Source: an uncultured Verrucomicrobiae bacterium
GTDB lineage: Bacteria > Verrucomicrobiota > Verrucomicrobiia > Chthoniobacterales > JAFAMB01
Assembly: GCA_963762565.1 (NCBI GenBank)
Contig: CAVXLD010000003.1
Coordinates: 768,001 to 832,000, forward strand
Length of the DNA: 64,000 bases
Reading direction: 5' to 3'
Shown here: piece by piece, positions 30,710-41,622 of the stretch
Layout: each line of letters starts with the position of its first letter
How positions within the stretch are numbered: position 1 is the first letter of the stretch
The notes under the pieces: model-generated
What the model was told of the DNA's origin: nothing
The model's database searches: none
Seen by the model: only the letters and a program-made list of their open reading frames with translations
Program-made: the position numbers and the translations under genes

Positions 30710-31639
30710 CTACACCGTTTTCCTATGCAAAACCGACTTTGCTAATATCATTTTGCCGAGCAGTTCGGTCTGCGGAAGATAGAGGGGCGGTTGCAGCGAC
30801 GCTGCCAACCGAGCAATCTCAAGATTCAAAGACTCAATTTCGGTCTGTCTGCCATTCTTGATGTCCTGAAGAGTTGATATCAACTGCTTCGATCCGGTGC
30901 TGATGACCATGATCTGCTGCATGACCTCAGCTTCGCTGAGACCAACGTTCAACCGGTCCGTCAGCATGATGCACTCCTTCACTACCCGCTGGGCCAGATC
31001 AGCCGTTTCTTGATCCCGAACAAAAACGCCGTTGTCCACCTCGAGCAGGGGACAGATGGAATTGAATACCGAGTTGATAACCGCTTTCTTCCAAATCTGC
31101 TTTTGGATATCTGCGTCCGCCCGAAACGGGAATGCGTTGGTATTCAACTGTTCGACACATTTGACTAGCTCGGCTTCTGTTCCTTCGATCACGCCGATGG
31201 GCGATGCGGTGATGGGGCGAAACGAAAACTGAAATTCAAAGGTAGGCTGGGTCGTTACATAAAGCACGCAGCGGTAGACAGCCGTGAACCCGGCATCGAG
31301 GAACGGTCGCTCGACCCCAACACCATTTTGCATAATCACTAACGGGCCGGTTGCGTTTCGTTCTTTGAGGGCAAGCGCTAGCGCTTGGTTAGTATAGGAC
31401 TTAGTCGTGATCACCAAGGTTCCATCGAGATGGGTAAGCTTAGCTAACGAGATGGTCTCGATTGGAGTGGTCACCTGGTCAGTCCCACCTTGGACCATTA
31501 CGTTGACGATGCTCTGCGGCACATCATTCCTACTGGTTCGCACCGCCACGACGGTCCTGCCCGCATGCGTTAGGTAAGCAGCCAACGGGAATCCGACTGC
31601 CCCTGCACCCAGTATATAAATGGTTTTCTTAATATCCAT
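30710..31639 (-). CDS. panE: Ketopantoate reductase (PanE/ApbA family)
   Basis: ILGAGAVG, TTKSY, MQNGVG, IWKKAVINSVFN, STLQDIKNGRQTEIESLN. Confidence 0.88.
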   Translation of the reverse strand: MDIKKTIYILGAGAVGFPLAAYLTHAGRTVVAVRTSRNDVPQSIVNVMVQGGTDQVTTPIETISLAKLTHLDGTLVITTKSYTNQALALALKERNATGPLVIMQNGVGVERPFLDAGFTAVYRCVLYVTTQPTFEFQFSFRPITASPIGVIEGTEAELVKCVEQLNTNAFPFRADADIQKQIWKKAVINSVFNSICPLLEVDNGVFVRDQETADLAQRVVKECIMLTDRLNVGLSEAEVMQQIMVISTGSKQLISTLQDIKNGRQTEIESLNLEIARLAASLQPPLYLPQTELLGKMILAKSVLHRKTV

Positions 31640-32201
31640 GACTTAGCGAATCCAAGCCCGAGATGGTGCGTTGCGCAAGGCTACGAAGACTTAAAACCCA
31701 ACCGCAGATTGACGCAGATTGAATTTGCAGGCGCGATGCGATGTGCGACTGGCCAGTGCCTGGAGGGGAGCCGCTTTGGCGTGCGTCGCTCCGCCCTAGC
31801 GAATTTTGTCTGAATTCTGATCCGGCCGAAACAGGCGACAAGAGGCGGCTCCCGGGATAGACCCAACGGTTCGCTGCTCTACCGCCGAGTTATAAACGGA
31901 TCGGGCCTTGGGTCAATCCTCGCTCTGGGTTATTCGCGGGAGCCGCTTGTTGCAAAATTTTTCGGTCGGATTGAGCGCTGGAATAAATATCGTGAGGTCG
32001 CCTCGTGCATTCCAAAGCGGCTCCCCTCCACGCGCTGGGCGGTCGCACATCGCATCAGCGCTTCGCGCCTAGACGGTTTTATCTGCGTCTATCTGCGGTC
32101 ATCCGCCTCCGCAAAGCCTGCGGCGCGACAGGTTCTGCGGTTGGTGTTGTTTTCAGTTGTTTTTGGGGCGGACCGGGGTAAAGCCCTAGGACTTTTCAAA
32201 A

Positions 32202-33893
32202 ATGCCATTTTCGTCGATTGCTCAGGTCGTCCGCCAGATCACGACCCGTCCGACTCTGCTACAGGTTCTGGCGGTCTCCGTGTTGATCTGGGCCGGCATT
32301 TATCTTCCGGGACTCGGGTCGGTGGAGCTCAAGCACGAAGAACCGCGGCGGGCGCTGCCAGCAGTTCACATGATCGCAACTGGTGATTGGCTGGTTCCAC
32401 GGGTAGGGGAGTTACCGTATCTGCGAAAGCCGCCCCTCTTAAATTGGTTGATCGCCGGGATGTTCAAACTGACTGGTGGAAGGTCGGAATGGGCAGTGCG
32501 TTTCCCATCGGCATTGGCAACCCTGGCTTTAGCTCTCGGGATCGGGATAAGTAGTCAGCGTTGGCTGGGGCGTCTTGGCGGATTGATCGCTTCGATCTTC
32601 TTTCTTACCAATCTCGCGGTGTTGGAGTGCGGGCGTCTGGCGGAATTGGAGGCGGTTTACATCGGGTTAACCGGCCTGGCGCTCGTTATCTGGCTGGCTC
32701 GATGGTACGGTGGGACCATTGGTTTGCGCCTCTGGATCTGGCCTGCCATCCTGCTGGCGCTGGGTCTATTAACAAAGGGACCGACTCATCTCATTTTTTT
32801 CTACGGTGTGATTATCCCCGTGCTGGTCGCAGGCAAAGACCTGAAACTCCTCTTTCGTCCCGCGCATGCGCTGGCCTTGCTACTAATGTTGGCCATCTTC
32901 AGCCTCTGGGCGATACCCTGTTCGTTCGCGGTCGGCCAACATGGTCCGCTCGGCGTATGGCAATTCTGGATTCATCAAATCACCTCACGGGCTTCGGAGA
33001 CAGAAGCTTTCCGGTTTTCGACCTGGCTCCTGAATTTCCCGCAGACGCTAAAGAATTTCTTGCCCTGGACCCCGCTTCTAATCTTGCTGTGGACGAGCGG
33101 GATCGAACGCCGCGGAACCGGAGCGGCAGCTGGAGACACTCAGGGGTTTCGAGCCGCGGCTATTTTCTATGGGGCCCGTCTCGGCATGGTGATCACCTGT
33201 TTGTTGATGTGCCTGTTACCAAGCGGTTCTCCCCGTTATATTTACCCGCTTTTTGTGGTGCCCTGCCTTTTATTGGGGCAGGTCTTCGTTCAAGGAAAGA
33301 CCAATGCATTGACGCACGGCTACCTGAAATGGTGGCGATGGATTAATGCCGTCCTGGTGCTGGCGGGCACCCCGGCAGTGTTGGCGATTCCTTTCATTGC
33401 CGGGATCAACCCAGGTTCGCTCGTAGGTCTGGTGATTGGTATTGGTGCAATGATTCTCGCTTGGGTGAGTCAGCGTTTATCGGTTGAGGATTTTCACCCG
33501 ATGGAACTAGCCGCACGCGCAGCTTTGGTCACCGGACTTGTTTTCGCTGCCGGCATGATCACCTATGGAGCTGCGATTGTTCCCCGGGTGGATGCAATGA
33601 CCAAGAACGGGTTCCGGGAAGTCGCAGCCAGGATCCGGCACGAACTCCCTCCCGGCGCCATCCTCTGGGTTCAAGAGAACGAATACCGGCCTTTCTGGTA
33701 CTATCTGGAGCCGGACGTGCGCTATTTCCTTTCAGTCAGCGATATCTTAGCCGATGCCCGCTATTTCCTAGTGCCCGAGACAGCAGCCCCAGCGTTCGCC
33801 GCCGACCCGCGCCTTGCCGACCGGCATCTGCACGTCCTCGCTCAGGTGCATGATGGGGAGGGGCAGCGGTTTGAAATCCTAGGTGAAAAGTGA
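32202..33893 (+). CDS. ArnT-like GT-C glycosyltransferase
   Basis: EEPRRALPAVHMIATGDWLVP..YLRKPPLLNWL, EWAVRFPSA, LTKGP. Confidence 0.9.
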   Translation: MPFSSIAQVVRQITTRPTLLQVLAVSVLIWAGIYLPGLGSVELKHEEPRRALPAVHMIATGDWLVPRVGELPYLRKPPLLNWLIAGMFKLTGGRSEWAVRFPSALATLALALGIGISSQRWLGRLGGLIASIFFLTNLAVLECGRLAELEAVYIGLTGLALVIWLARWYGGTIGLRLWIWPAILLALGLLTKGPTHLIFFYGVIIPVLVAGKDLKLLFRPAHALALLLMLAIFSLWAIPCSFAVGQHGPLGVWQFWIHQITSRASETEAFRFSTWLLNFPQTLKNFLPWTPLLILLWTSGIERRGTGAAAGDTQGFRAAAIFYGARLGMVITCLLMCLLPSGSPRYIYPLFVVPCLLLGQVFVQGKTNALTHGYLKWWRWINAVLVLAGTPAVLAIPFIAGINPGSLVGLVIGIGAMILAWVSQRLSVEDFHPMELAARAALVTGLVFAAGMITYGAAIVPRVDAMTKNGFREVAARIRHELPPGAILWVQENEYRPFWYYLEPDVRYFLSVSDILADARYFLVPETAAPAFAADPRLADRHLHVLAQVHDGEGQRFEILGEK

Positions 33894-33935
33894 TTGGTGA
33901 TTAGTGATTGGTAAGGCTGCGGCCCCAATCACGTC

Positions 33936-34694
33936 TCACTTCTCACCAATCACTTCCTCCGTCGCCACCTCTTCCACTGGCACCCGTCGCGCTCTTCTCC
34001 GCGAAAACCAACAGACACCAAGCAAATCAACGGCGGGCCGCCAAAGAAAGACACGGAGGTTGTACTTGGCGACTCCGGATTTTCGTGGGCGATGATTGAC
34101 GGGGAATTCGGCGATGGAAAACCCGGCTGCTTTCGCCAAGGCAGGCATAAAGGAATAGAGCGTCTGCATCGGAATAAACGCATCAGCCACTTCTCGATGG
34201 AATCCTTTTAATCCACAGCCAGTGTCAGATACCCCATCGTTTGTGAAAAAGCGGCGGACAGAATTGGCAAACTGAGACATGAGCCTGCGTTTCAGGTCGT
34301 CATGCCGATGCACTCGGTGTCCAACCACGAACTCGTATCGCCCTAATAAACGCAGCGCTTCCGCGATATCACCGGGATCATTCTGTCCATCGCCGTCGAG
34401 CAGGATCACGTTTCGGCCAAACGCTTTTTTGATTCCGGCAAAGAGAGCCGCTCCTTGTCCGGCATTCTGGAGCAGATTAATGATTCGGACTGCAGGCCAA
34501 GTTGAACCGACCCCCTTCATTTGATTTAGCGTACCATCGCTACTGCCGTCATTAACCAGGATGACTTCGTAAGCGCGATGGTCGCGATCCAAGGTTTCCC
34601 GAAGCTCGGTCAGTACCGGGGCGATGTTCGTCTCCTCGTTATAGAATGGGATTACGACACTGTATTCTATGCCTGGATCAGATGGTACACTCAA
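33936..34694 (-). CDS. GT2 polyprenol-phosphate glycosyltransferase (DPM1/ArnC-like)
   Basis: SVVIPFYNEE, VNDGSSDGT, LDGDGQNDP, DTGCGLK, VNHRPRKSG. Confidence 0.93.
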   Translation of the reverse strand: MSVPSDPGIEYSVVIPFYNEETNIAPVLTELRETLDRDHRAYEVILVNDGSSDGTLNQMKGVGSTWPAVRIINLLQNAGQGAALFAGIKKAFGRNVILLDGDGQNDPGDIAEALRLLGRYEFVVGHRVHRHDDLKRRLMSQFANSVRRFFTNDGVSDTGCGLKGFHREVADAFIPMQTLYSFMPALAKAAGFSIAEFPVNHRPRKSGVAKYNLRVFLWRPAVDLLGVCWFSRRRARRVPVEEVATEEVIGEK

Positions 34695-35000
34695 AGTCAG
34701 TAATCAGTAATCAGTGGTCAGTAATCAGTGGTCAAGTAATTCAATGGGTAGCCGTGAGACCTCGTTCTCGGATTGTGGGCACGCCCATCGCCCGGGAGGG
34801 ACCGCTGCCTGTCCGACATAGCCTTCTCTTCCTGGTTTCTTTTCTCCCAGCTTTGGCGACGTCGGATCCTCGCGATCCTTGGTTACCGAAGCCCAGGACT
34901 TGTTGTGATCGTGGAGGAAAACACACCTTGGGTTGTTGGCACGCCTTCACGGCGCGCGGGGACGCGCGCCCTCCCCGAATTGGGCCGCGCCAATCACTAA

Positions 35001-36290
35001 TCACCTCTCAGAGCCCTTCACCACCCTGCGCCGCCTTTTGGCCGCTTTAGCAGGCTTCGGAGCCACGTAACCCGCCGGCGTTGTATCGCGCTGATCAAGT
35101 TCTTGCAGCACCAAACTGGCTGCGCCTCGAGCCCAGACTTCATCGCCCCAATGATGAATCATAAGATCGAAATTATCTCTTAGCGGCGCGATCACCATTT
35201 CCCGGATCGTCGAACGGAGACTTTCACCGTAGAGGTGCGAGCACGTCACCGCTCCTTCGCACACCACAACCCGCTCCGGATTAATGAGGTTTACCAAGTT
35301 CGCGATGCCGAGCCCGAGATATTGACCCATCCTTTGAAAGATCTTCCGATATCGTTGATCGCCGCTCTCGGCTCGTTCAACGACTTTGCGTAACAGGTCA
35401 AGCCGGTCGTGGTAATCCAGCTTTTTCGAAGGGATACGAAACCCGATCGCCTGAGCCTCCCGCAGGATAGCAAAACCCGCGGTATGCGTTTCCATGCACC
35501 CAGTTTGCCCGCATTGACACAGTGGGCCGTCGAACACCAGCTTGGTATGACCGAATTCGGCGCCCATCCCGCGAGCTCCCCGGAAAAGGCTTCCATTAAT
35601 AATGAGACCGCTCCCGGTGCCGTGCTCGATTGTGATGACACTGACATGCTTGAGTCCTTTCGCGAGGCCAAACCAATGTTCGGCCAGAGTCACCAGGTTC
35701 GCGTCGTTTTCGACAAAAACAGGTACATCGAACTTGGGACTCAGCATTGCCCCAAATTCGACATTCCGGCTTTGGAAGACCGGGCTCCAGTACACGGTTC
35801 CAGATCCGCAATCGACATAGCCCGGAAGACCAACACCGACCCCGCTGACCTGGGAAAACTCCATCTTAGCTTTCCTGACGCAGGCTCGGACCGCTTTTGC
35901 CACGAAATCGGCGAGCTGCGACGCGGTAAACTCAAGCGGCTCGCAAGAAATGTTTTCCGAAGTAAGCACGTTGCCGGTGAAATCGGTGAGCGACGTCACG
36001 ATCTGGTGAGTAGCGATCTTGACTCCAGCCACGTGCATGTAGTCGGGCGCTAGGCGCAAAGAAACCAGCGGTCTACCCCGGCCACGGATCGCTAAAGGAT
36101 GCGACCCTTCCTCGACCAACGCTCCTTCCTTGATCAAATGGCTAACAATACTAGAAATGGTGGCTTGGCTTAGCCCGGTAACTTCTGCCAACTCAGAACG
36201 TGAGATTTGGTTATCATGCAACCGGATAGCATGCAGAACATCGAACCGGTTAAGATTCCGGATGATCGCAGGACCGCGCGCCGACGACAT
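35001..36290 (-). CDS. ROK family transcriptional repressor (NagC/XylR-like)
   Basis: HTH ISRSELAEVTGLSQATIS, VENDAN, AEFGHT, CQCGQTGCME. Confidence 0.94.
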   Translation of the reverse strand: MSSARGPAIIRNLNRFDVLHAIRLHDNQISRSELAEVTGLSQATISSIVSHLIKEGALVEEGSHPLAIRGRGRPLVSLRLAPDYMHVAGVKIATHQIVTSLTDFTGNVLTSENISCEPLEFTASQLADFVAKAVRACVRKAKMEFSQVSGVGVGLPGYVDCGSGTVYWSPVFQSRNVEFGAMLSPKFDVPVFVENDANLVTLAEHWFGLAKGLKHVSVITIEHGTGSGLIINGSLFRGARGMGAEFGHTKLVFDGPLCQCGQTGCMETHTAGFAILREAQAIGFRIPSKKLDYHDRLDLLRKVVERAESGDQRYRKIFQRMGQYLGLGIANLVNLINPERVVVCEGAVTCSHLYGESLRSTIREMVIAPLRDNFDLMIHHWGDEVWARGAASLVLQELDQRDTTPAGYVAPKPAKAAKRRRRVVKGSER

Positions 36291-36599
36291 GGCAATAGGA
36301 TTGGACCTCAAAACACTTATTTACTCCAGGTTGGGGGCTCCTGGCAAGAAGAGGCGAACCGGCGAAAGGGCGAACCGGCGAATGGGCGATTGAGGTCCCT
36401 GATCGGTAGGGCGAAAATCTCGGCGCACATTCCGGCTCCGGAATCCACAGACAAAAAGACGTCCGCGGCGCGCCGAGATTTTCCCCCACCGTTTCACGGG
36501 CCGCATCGCCTCACTTCGCCCCTTCGCCGTTTCGCCCATTCGCCGTCTCGCCGTTGCGCCTCTCTGGATTCTGACTCCCGGCTCCTCTATAGATGTCCC

Positions 36600-37202
36600 A
36601 TGTCCCGCTGGAAAGAATTGGGTGAATCCATCCCGAAACGGTTACGGCAGCAGCTTCAATTCATCCTTGAGATCGACGATCTCAAAAACGTATTACGGCG
36701 CTCGTATTTGATTGATAGCGGCCGGCACGAAAACTCGGCTGAACACAGCTGGCACTTGGCGGTGGCGGCGATGGTGCTGGCCGAGCATGCCAAAGAGCAG
36801 ATCGACATCAGCAAAGTGATTCGCCTGGTTCTGGTTCATGACTTAGTAGAGATCGACGCCGGTGATACTTTCATTTACGACGACGCGGGCAATGTCGGCA
36901 AAGCAGCACGTGAACAGGACGCTGCTAACCGGCTTTTTGGGGTTTTACCGGAGGACCAGGCACAAAGCTTTATGGCGCTCTGGCGAGAGTTCGAGGATCG
37001 GCAAACTCCGGAAGCAAAGTTCGCTTTCGCGTTGGATCGGCTGATGCCGATTCTTCATAACGTCTTCACCCAAGGCGGCAGCTGGAAAGAGCATGGGATC
37101 CGGCAAGAGCAAGCACTCACCAAGAACCGTGGTATCGAAGAGGGTTCCCCGGTCCTGTGGCAAGTTGTTGAATCCTTGATCAAGCAAACCCTGACCGAGT
37201 AA
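36600..37202 (+). CDS. HD domain phosphohydrolase (HD_3/YfbR-like)
   Basis: ENSAEHSWH, LVHDLVEIDAGD, FALDRLMP. Confidence 0.93.
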   Translation: MSRWKELGESIPKRLRQQLQFILEIDDLKNVLRRSYLIDSGRHENSAEHSWHLAVAAMVLAEHAKEQIDISKVIRLVLVHDLVEIDAGDTFIYDDAGNVGKAAREQDAANRLFGVLPEDQAQSFMALWREFEDRQTPEAKFAFALDRLMPILHNVFTQGGSWKEHGIRQEQALTKNRGIEEGSPVLWQVVESLIKQTLTE

Positions 37203-37212
37203 CTCTTGGGCC

Positions 37213-37998
37213 ATGCATCATCCCAGAAACACGGTCATCTTTCTGATCGGAGCCTTAGTCGGGTTAATACCCCTCTCTGTTCAAAGCCAAAGTGTGCATC
37301 TTTCCGATGCCCAAGCTGACAAGATCGGCCGGCGCCTTTGGCAAATCGAATGCGCGGGTACGGTTTCGGGGCTCACCTCTTGGAACAGCGGCGAGAATTT
37401 CGCTTCTCTCGGGATCGGCCATTTTATTTGGTATCCGGTCGGTCAACGTGGGCCGTTCGAAGAAAGTTTTCCGCCACTGCTGGCCTACCTGAAAGAGTCC
37501 GGTGTCACCCTTCCGGCATGGTTAGCTGATTCTCACGGATGCCCCTGGCCCAATCGCAGCGCTTTCCTGGCGGATTTACATTCCGCTCGGTTGCAAGAAT
37601 TGCGCACAATTCTGGCCAACACGGTTACTCTGCAAGCCCGGTTTGCCGCTAACCGCCTCGAGGGTGCATTACCTAAAATGCTGGCGGCAGTTCCGGCCGA
37701 TGAACAGGCCAAGGTGAAGCAAAACTTCTATCGCGTGGCCGCAACTTCGAGCGGTATGTATCCGCTCGTCGACTATGTCAATTTCAAGGGTGAGGGGACG
37801 TCGCCAACCGAACGTTACCAGGGCCAAGGATGGGGCCTGTTGCAGGTCCTGGAAACAATGAATGACGGACCAGCGTTAGAACAATTCAGCAGCGCAGCCG
37901 CTCAGGTCTTGACTCGCCGAGTTCACAATGCGCCCCCGGAACGGCATGAAGAACGTTGGTTACCCGGCTGGCTGAGTCGGGTGCGGAGCTATCGGTAG
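37213..37998 (+). CDS. Hypothetical secreted protein, possibly lysozyme-like
   Basis: Signal peptide; WQIEC..WNSGENFASLGIGHFIWYP; DYVNFKGEG. Confidence 0.8.
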   Translation: MHHPRNTVIFLIGALVGLIPLSVQSQSVHLSDAQADKIGRRLWQIECAGTVSGLTSWNSGENFASLGIGHFIWYPVGQRGPFEESFPPLLAYLKESGVTLPAWLADSHGCPWPNRSAFLADLHSARLQELRTILANTVTLQARFAANRLEGALPKMLAAVPADEQAKVKQNFYRVAATSSGMYPLVDYVNFKGEGTSPTERYQGQGWGLLQVLETMNDGPALEQFSSAAAQVLTRRVHNAPPERHEERWLPGWLSRVRSYR

Positions 37999-38055
37999 GG
38001 CGAGGAGGCGGTCGGAGCCCGTGGAGCGCTGCCTCGCTTGCGAGGCCGTGGTCAT

Positions 38056-38333
38056 TGGTGGGGCGAGGCTCCGGATCTTCCTTAATGGATGCCAAGGCGG
38101 CTGTCCTGTTCCAATCTATCGCGGGCAACCCCTAAAGGTCGCCGAGCCGCGGCCCAGCGTATGCCCAGGTCTATGGTTCAGCCGAATCGCAACCTTGTAA
38201 AAGCTTCGTGCGCTGGATCGTAGCGACACCGTGGGCCCGGCTCGGCAACGCATCGGCCCTAAACACCAAATCTTCGTTCAACGTTGCAGTCCCTGGAATG
38301 CTGCAAAGGCCATGCAGGAGCCTCGCCCCACCA
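38056..38333. mobile_element. MITE-like ~280-bp element, family C (ggtggggcgaggctcc termini)
   Basis: Terminal inverted repeats; homologous bodies at 55863-56070, 61963-62070 and 62078-62357; flanked by an inverted pair of family A repeats. Confidence 0.8.
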
Positions 38334-38460
38334 TTGGGCAACGGCCTCGCAAGCGAGGCAACGCTCCAGGGTGCCGATCGCTCCTGCTGCCATTTGCATT
38401 CGCCCCGCCTTCATGTAATCCCTCACCGACAATGATGCTGAATCAATCAGGGAGTACGAA

Positions 38461-39120
38461 ATGAGCGGATCACAGGCGGTGAAGAAAACACCGTTTGTTA
38501 CTTACACCGTCATCGGTTTGTGCGTGCTGGTCTTTCTCTGGGAGTTGAACAACTATCCCGCTGTTGAAGCGACACTGGTTAACCCGATCGCGACCGGTGG
38601 CGTCTCGGCGCTTTGGACGCTCTTCACCATGACTCTGGTGCATAGCCGCAGCCAGATAACTCACATCGTGTTCAATTTAATGGCGTTTTCCGTGTTGGGC
38701 CGGTTGCTAGAAACGATCTACGGATCGTTTAGGTATGGCATACTTTTGATCGCCCTTGCTTGGGTTGCTTCATCTGCTCAGATCATATTTGAACACGGCA
38801 TCGGCATTGGGCTTTCAGGCGTTGTTTACGGTATCTTCGGGTTTATGATCGGGGCATCACCAAACAATCCGTTCCTGTGGTGGTTCGTTAAGAAGAACGC
38901 TCCGATGTTGATCGGCTGGGCTGTACTCTGTCTGGTACTGACTCAAATGCACGTGCTGGCCATCGGCAATGGCGCCCACTTTGGTGGCCTGATTTATGGA
39001 ATTATCTACGGTCTGATCTATGGCTTGCCCCGGTACCGCTATGCCTTCATCGGGTTAGCCGTTCTCACTCCTGTTGTTCTGGGCGCGGTGCTCGTACAAC
39101 TGATTACAGCCCCGGCGTAA
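38461..39120 (+). CDS. Rhomboid family intramembrane serine protease
   Basis: HIVFNL, GLSGVVYG and AHFGG catalytic motifs. Confidence 0.93.
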   Translation: MSGSQAVKKTPFVTYTVIGLCVLVFLWELNNYPAVEATLVNPIATGGVSALWTLFTMTLVHSRSQITHIVFNLMAFSVLGRLLETIYGSFRYGILLIALAWVASSAQIIFEHGIGIGLSGVVYGIFGFMIGASPNNPFLWWFVKKNAPMLIGWAVLCLVLTQMHVLAIGNGAHFGGLIYGIIYGLIYGLPRYRYAFIGLAVLTPVVLGAVLVQLITAPA

Positions 39121-39301
39121 GAGCAAAACCGGCGATTTAGCCGCGAAGCGGCGATTCAAGATATTTTTGCCATTCCTAGGGCTTCGCCCTAGGGCTATGA
39201 TGAACCGCCGCTTCGCGGCTGAAGCCTTTCGCGCTCCGTTCGCCCCATTTCGCTCGACACGCCCATACCTTAGCTATTGGCTATTGGCTATGCGCGCAGC
39301 G

Positions 39302-40234
39302 CTAAGCGCTCGCCGCGGACAACTTCACTATCTCTTCCTTACTTAGATGAACCTCCGCCGAACGTAACAAGGGTGGGAGTTGTTCCGGGGTCCTGGCGCT
39401 GGCGATCGGCGCGATCACCGTGGGTTGGGCAGCTAGCCAGGCTAACGCAATCGTGGCGACCGCTTCTTTTCGCGTTGCCGCAATTTCGTCGAGCGCTTTC
39501 AAAACGCCCCGGCCTTTGTCGTTCAGGTAGGCCGATGCGCCTTCCGCCCGTTTGCTATCAACCTTGCTGTCGTTCCGATATTTCCCGGTCAGAAACCCGG
39601 AAGCCAAAGAGAAATAGGGCAACGAAACGATCCCTTCGGCGGCAACCGTTTCTTCCAGTTCCCCTTCATACTTACCTCGTTCCATTAAGTTGTAGTGCGG
39701 CTGCAGAGCCACGTACTGGGCAAAGCCTTCCCTGCGAGAGATCCGGATGGCCTCGGCTAACCGCGGGCCGTTGTAATTGGAGGCCGCTATGTACCGGACT
39801 TTACCGGACCGGACTAAACCGTCGAACGCAGCCAAAGTCTCGGCCAAAGGCGTTGCCCGGTCATCCTGGTGCGCGTAGTAGAGGTCGATGTGGTCCGTTT
39901 GCAAGCGTTCGAGCGAATCTTCCGCCGCGCGCTGAACCGTTTTCGTGGAGAGGCCCAGCAGCCGAGGCAGGTTTCCGACCTTTGTCGCGACTACCATCTT
40001 GCCGCGGTTGCCGCGCGCTTTCATCCAACGCCCAATGATGGTTTCAGATTCGCCTCCCGAATTCCCCGGCGCCCAACAAGAGTACATGTCGGCGGTGTCG
40101 ATGAAGTTGCCACCGGCTGCAGCGTAAGCGTCGAGAACTTTGAACGACTGCTCTTCATTCGCAGTCCATCCGAACACATTTCCACCAAGTGATAACGGGA
40201 AGACATCCAAGTCAGTATGAGGCATCCTGGTCAT
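39302..40234 (-). CDS. Aldo/keto reductase
   Basis: LGGNVFGW, GGNFIDTADMY, SLERLQTDHIDLYYAH, QPHYNL. Confidence 0.96.
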   Translation of the reverse strand: MTRMPHTDLDVFPLSLGGNVFGWTANEEQSFKVLDAYAAAGGNFIDTADMYSCWAPGNSGGESETIIGRWMKARGNRGKMVVATKVGNLPRLLGLSTKTVQRAAEDSLERLQTDHIDLYYAHQDDRATPLAETLAAFDGLVRSGKVRYIAASNYNGPRLAEAIRISRREGFAQYVALQPHYNLMERGKYEGELEETVAAEGIVSLPYFSLASGFLTGKYRNDSKVDSKRAEGASAYLNDKGRGVLKALDEIAATRKEAVATIALAWLAAQPTVIAPIASARTPEQLPPLLRSAEVHLSKEEIVKLSAASA

Positions 40235-40428
40235 GACAGAATAGCGGGCACTCGTGAGCGGATATCAAGGGGAAAAGGGGAGCGCTGCGGCCCAAAATAG
40301 CGTCATCGAGGCCGCCAAGTAACCAGTAATCAGCGTTTTGCGAGGTTGCACCCGTTCCAGCGAAGACGAGACGACTCAAAAGGCGCATCTTCGCTCCGTT
40401 AGTCTCTCTTAGACAAAGTCACCAGGCC

Positions 40429-41621
40429 CTAAGGACTGATTCTATACACCGTCCCCAAACCGGCGGACCGCCTTCTTGTGTGGTCCCGTAAAGATTATTG
40501 TCGGAACCCACGACCAGCGGCCCGTTAGGAGTAATCCCGTCGTTCGACACGCTGCCATCCGCGAAGTTGTGCAAGACCGAATAGGAACTTCCGTCGGTCC
40601 GGAGTTCGTACACTGTTCCCCTGTTGGCGGTCCCTCCCGTGAGCGTCGTTCCATACAAATTTCCATTCGGACCCAACACGAGGCCGCTGGGCGCGGATCC
40701 GTCGGGCCCATTCCCAAATGAGTGGAGAGTCGTAACGACAAAACTCGTTGTCATTTTGAAGACGATACCGCTGCCGTATTGGCCGCCGTCGAAAGCTGTT
40801 CCATAGAAACTGCCATCTGCATCTTGGATCAAAGCGGCGTTTGGAGAAGTCAGGCTCGGGAATTGATAAATAAAGGCGACACTTCCTGCCGGGCTCGCCT
40901 GGAAGATCGTGCCGCCCAGGCCGGAATTGGAACTAAAAGCCGTCGTGCCATAGTAGTTGCCATCTTGCCCCAAAAGCAAACCCGCGGTTGGTGAATTCCC
41001 TCCCGTCGAACCGGAGAATAAGTATAAGAAAGTAAAGTCATGAGGCGCCTGTGGCTCCCGTCCGTAAATGCCACCGGCTCCTTCGGTGAGGGCGCCGTGA
41101 AGATCGCCATCGGAACCCACGATGAGCGCCCCTACCAGGTGATAAATGCGTCCGAAGGGGAATCCAGGCGAAACGGTGTCGCCCTCCAGCGAGGTTCGGA
41201 ATATACCCTTCGGGCAAACGTAGAAAAGTCCCCCTTTATAGAAAAGTAGGCTGTCTTTTGGGGCAGAGTCACTCTCCGGGTCGAAATGATGGATGATCGT
41301 TAGCTGGCCGCCTGAGCTCATTTGGAACACGGTGCCAGTGCGAGACTTCGTGACCGAAGCCTGCTTGGTAGTTGTCCCGTAGAAACTACCGTTAGGCGCC
41401 TGGATTAGTCCTCCAACAGGGACCGCTCCGTCATTCGGCACGGTTCCATCAGCAAAGCTATGCAAGATGGTTAGTTGCGCGTTGCTGAGGTGGATGGCAA
41501 CCCAACAAGTCAGCCCGAAAGCTGCGGCCAAAGTCAGATTATTTAACAAAATCCGCCGTGCGTGCCCACGAATCCGCGCATCCGACACGATCTCGCTGGA
41601 GCTGCAACAAGGCGTTTTCAT
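40429..41621 (-). CDS. Secreted beta-repeat protein with GloVer-like (TIGR03803) choice-of-anchor repeats
   Basis: Repeated LHSF..DGxxP..L..DGNxYGTT..GG..GTVF units; frameshift near 40470 restores GLGTVYRISP*. Confidence 0.85.
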
Positions 41622-41622
41622 T

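Noticed and set aside
36207..36599. 131-aa N-terminal extension of the HD protein
   Set aside because: It runs through intergenic ggcgaa/ttcgcc repeats and overlaps the ROK start; ATG 36600 is more plausible.
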